In this document: in pieces, positions 63,235 through 64,000 of the stretch
Position numbering within the stretch: position 1 is the stretch's first letter
How the letters are laid out: every line of letters begins with the position of its first letter
Assembly (NCBI GenBank): GCA_030601755.1
Contig: JAUWBF010000003.1
Coordinates: forward strand, 31,899 to 95,898
Source of the DNA: Verrucomicrobiota bacterium
GTDB taxonomy: Bacteria; Verrucomicrobiota; Verrucomicrobiia; Opitutales; Opitutaceae
DNA length: 64,000 bases
Direction: 5' to 3'
Translations under genes and position numbers: made by a program
Notes under the pieces: generated by a model
The model's database searches: none
What the model saw: only the letters and a program-made list of their open reading frames with translations
What the model was told of the DNA's origin: nothing

Positions 63235-64000
63235 TCAAGCGTCCGCATTCGCCGGTTCCGGCGACGGCCTCGCGGGCACCAGCGCCTCGATCTCGGTGAT
63301 CCGGCCGCCCGCGTGCCGCCAGCGGTAGAGCGCGGCCGGCGGGTGTTTGTCGAGCGCCTTGACCAGCGCGCCGTCCACCCGCTTGGGCAGTTCCAGCATC
63401 GACAGGCCGGCCGCCTCGCAGCCGAGGAAGCGCGCGTAGGGCTTCATCACGTCGGGCCGGCCGATCAGGCGACCGCCGTCGGGCGGAGGCGGCGAGGCGA
63501 GCGGCGCGCGGTCCAGCACGAGAAAACTGTAGGGCAGGCTGCGCAGGTCGACGCCCGCCCGCTGCGCGAAGCGCACCCAGCGCGGATCGGCCGGCAGCGC
63601 CGGCGGCGGCGGGGCAAAAAAGTGACACCAATCACGCTCCTGCCCGTCGGCGAACAAACCACAGGGAGCCGCGTGCGGGCAGGGGGCGACCACGTTGAAG
63701 TCGCCGCGCAGTCGGTCGCGCAGCGCTGCCAAGTCGCGGCCCACCGCGTGCGTGCCGGGCTCGACCCAGATCACCGCCTCGGCGCGGGCGACCAGCGCCA
63801 GCAATTGTTCGCGCTGCTCGGCCGCCAGCTCGTTGAGCACATGGCTGATCACCAGCAGGCCCACCGGTCCGGCGTCGTCCGACGGATCGCTTTCATGAGC
63901 GACGTCGAGGCCGGGAAAAGTCTCCGCGGCGCGGCGCGCGGCGAAGGCGCGTGCCGCCGGCGAGTGGTCCCAGAGCCGCAGGCGGTCGAAGGTCGCCGCG
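63235..64000 (-). CDS. Rsm22-like SAM-dependent methyltransferase, N-terminus beyond window
   Basis: The frame is open from 64000: ...AATFDRLRLWDHSPAARAFAARRAAETFPGLDVAHESDPSDDAGPVGLLVISHVLNELAAEQREQLLALVARAEAVIWVEPGTHAVGRDLAALRDRL...VVAPCPHAAPCGL. The listed ORF 63235..63864 is only its C-terminal part. Confidence 0.6.
   Translation of the reverse strand, partial: AATFDRLRLWDHSPAARAFAARRAAETFPGLDVAHESDPSDDAGPVGLLVISHVLNELAAEQREQLLALVARAEAVIWVEPGTHAVGRDLAALRDRLRGDFNVVAPCPHAAPCGLFADGQERDWCHFFAPPPPALPADPRWVRFAQRAGVDLRSLPYSFLVLDRAPLASPPPPDGGRLIGRPDVMKPYARFLGCEAAGLSMLELPKRVDGALVKALDKHPPAALYRWRHAGGRITEIEALVPARPSPEPANADA

Overview
A 64-kb, visibly very GC-rich bacterial chromosomal segment, annotated by eye from the sequence and the ORF track. 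The taxonomic guess is Verrucomicrobiota/Opitutales-like. It rests only on gene content and the style of the intergenic repeats and was not verified. I support about 50 protein genes, one tRNA-Leu(TAG), several intrinsic terminators and four families of REP/MITE-like palindromic repeats. I found no rRNA, CRISPR array, transposase or integrase.

Most of the window is core metabolism and envelope:
- two sugar-phosphate isomerase/epimerase genes, a NamZ-like DUF1343 gene, and opgG-x-opgH
- psd, xylBA with an AraC-type regulator, mdh, DAHP synthase, ygfZ, galK, pilD, aroE, yggS
- LysR and TlpA-like genes, a DMT transporter, and a 1156-aa possible PPi-type PEPCK
- a Kv-type K+ channel, a GH3-like protein with a hydrolase, an rluA-family gene, and two sensor kinases
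- a split pta, murJ, two sugar ABC permeases, mpl, and an Rsm22-like methyltransferase

The regions most worth a second look:
1. 9.6-15.4 kb: a two-gene operon. The first gene encodes a degenerate (pseudo-)receiver domain fused to about 1050 aa of coiled coil, containing 294-bp tandem repeats (AglZ/FrzS-like architecture). The second encodes a PilM/GspL-like actin-fold protein with a Pro-rich linker, one TM helix and an unknown outer domain.
2. 38.9-44.7 kb: a decayed type I R-M locus. It holds an AT-richer cassette (Dam-like methyltransferase plus a DndB/DGQHR-like fragment), a PD-(D/E)xK nuclease-like gene bracketed by an 83-bp direct repeat of hsdM sequence, in-frame mini-insertions in hsdM, and a 21-bp tandem array.
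3. Next to tRNA-Leu: an AT-richer orphan gene with an RNxxxH (HEPN-like) motif.
4. Smaller items: twin perfect 19-bp AT-rich palindromes, a hairpin/terminator-rich leader before DAHP synthase, a candidate sRNA, and an unlisted 38-codon basic ORF.

Start codons are judgement calls. All family assignments come from motif recognition, not searches.
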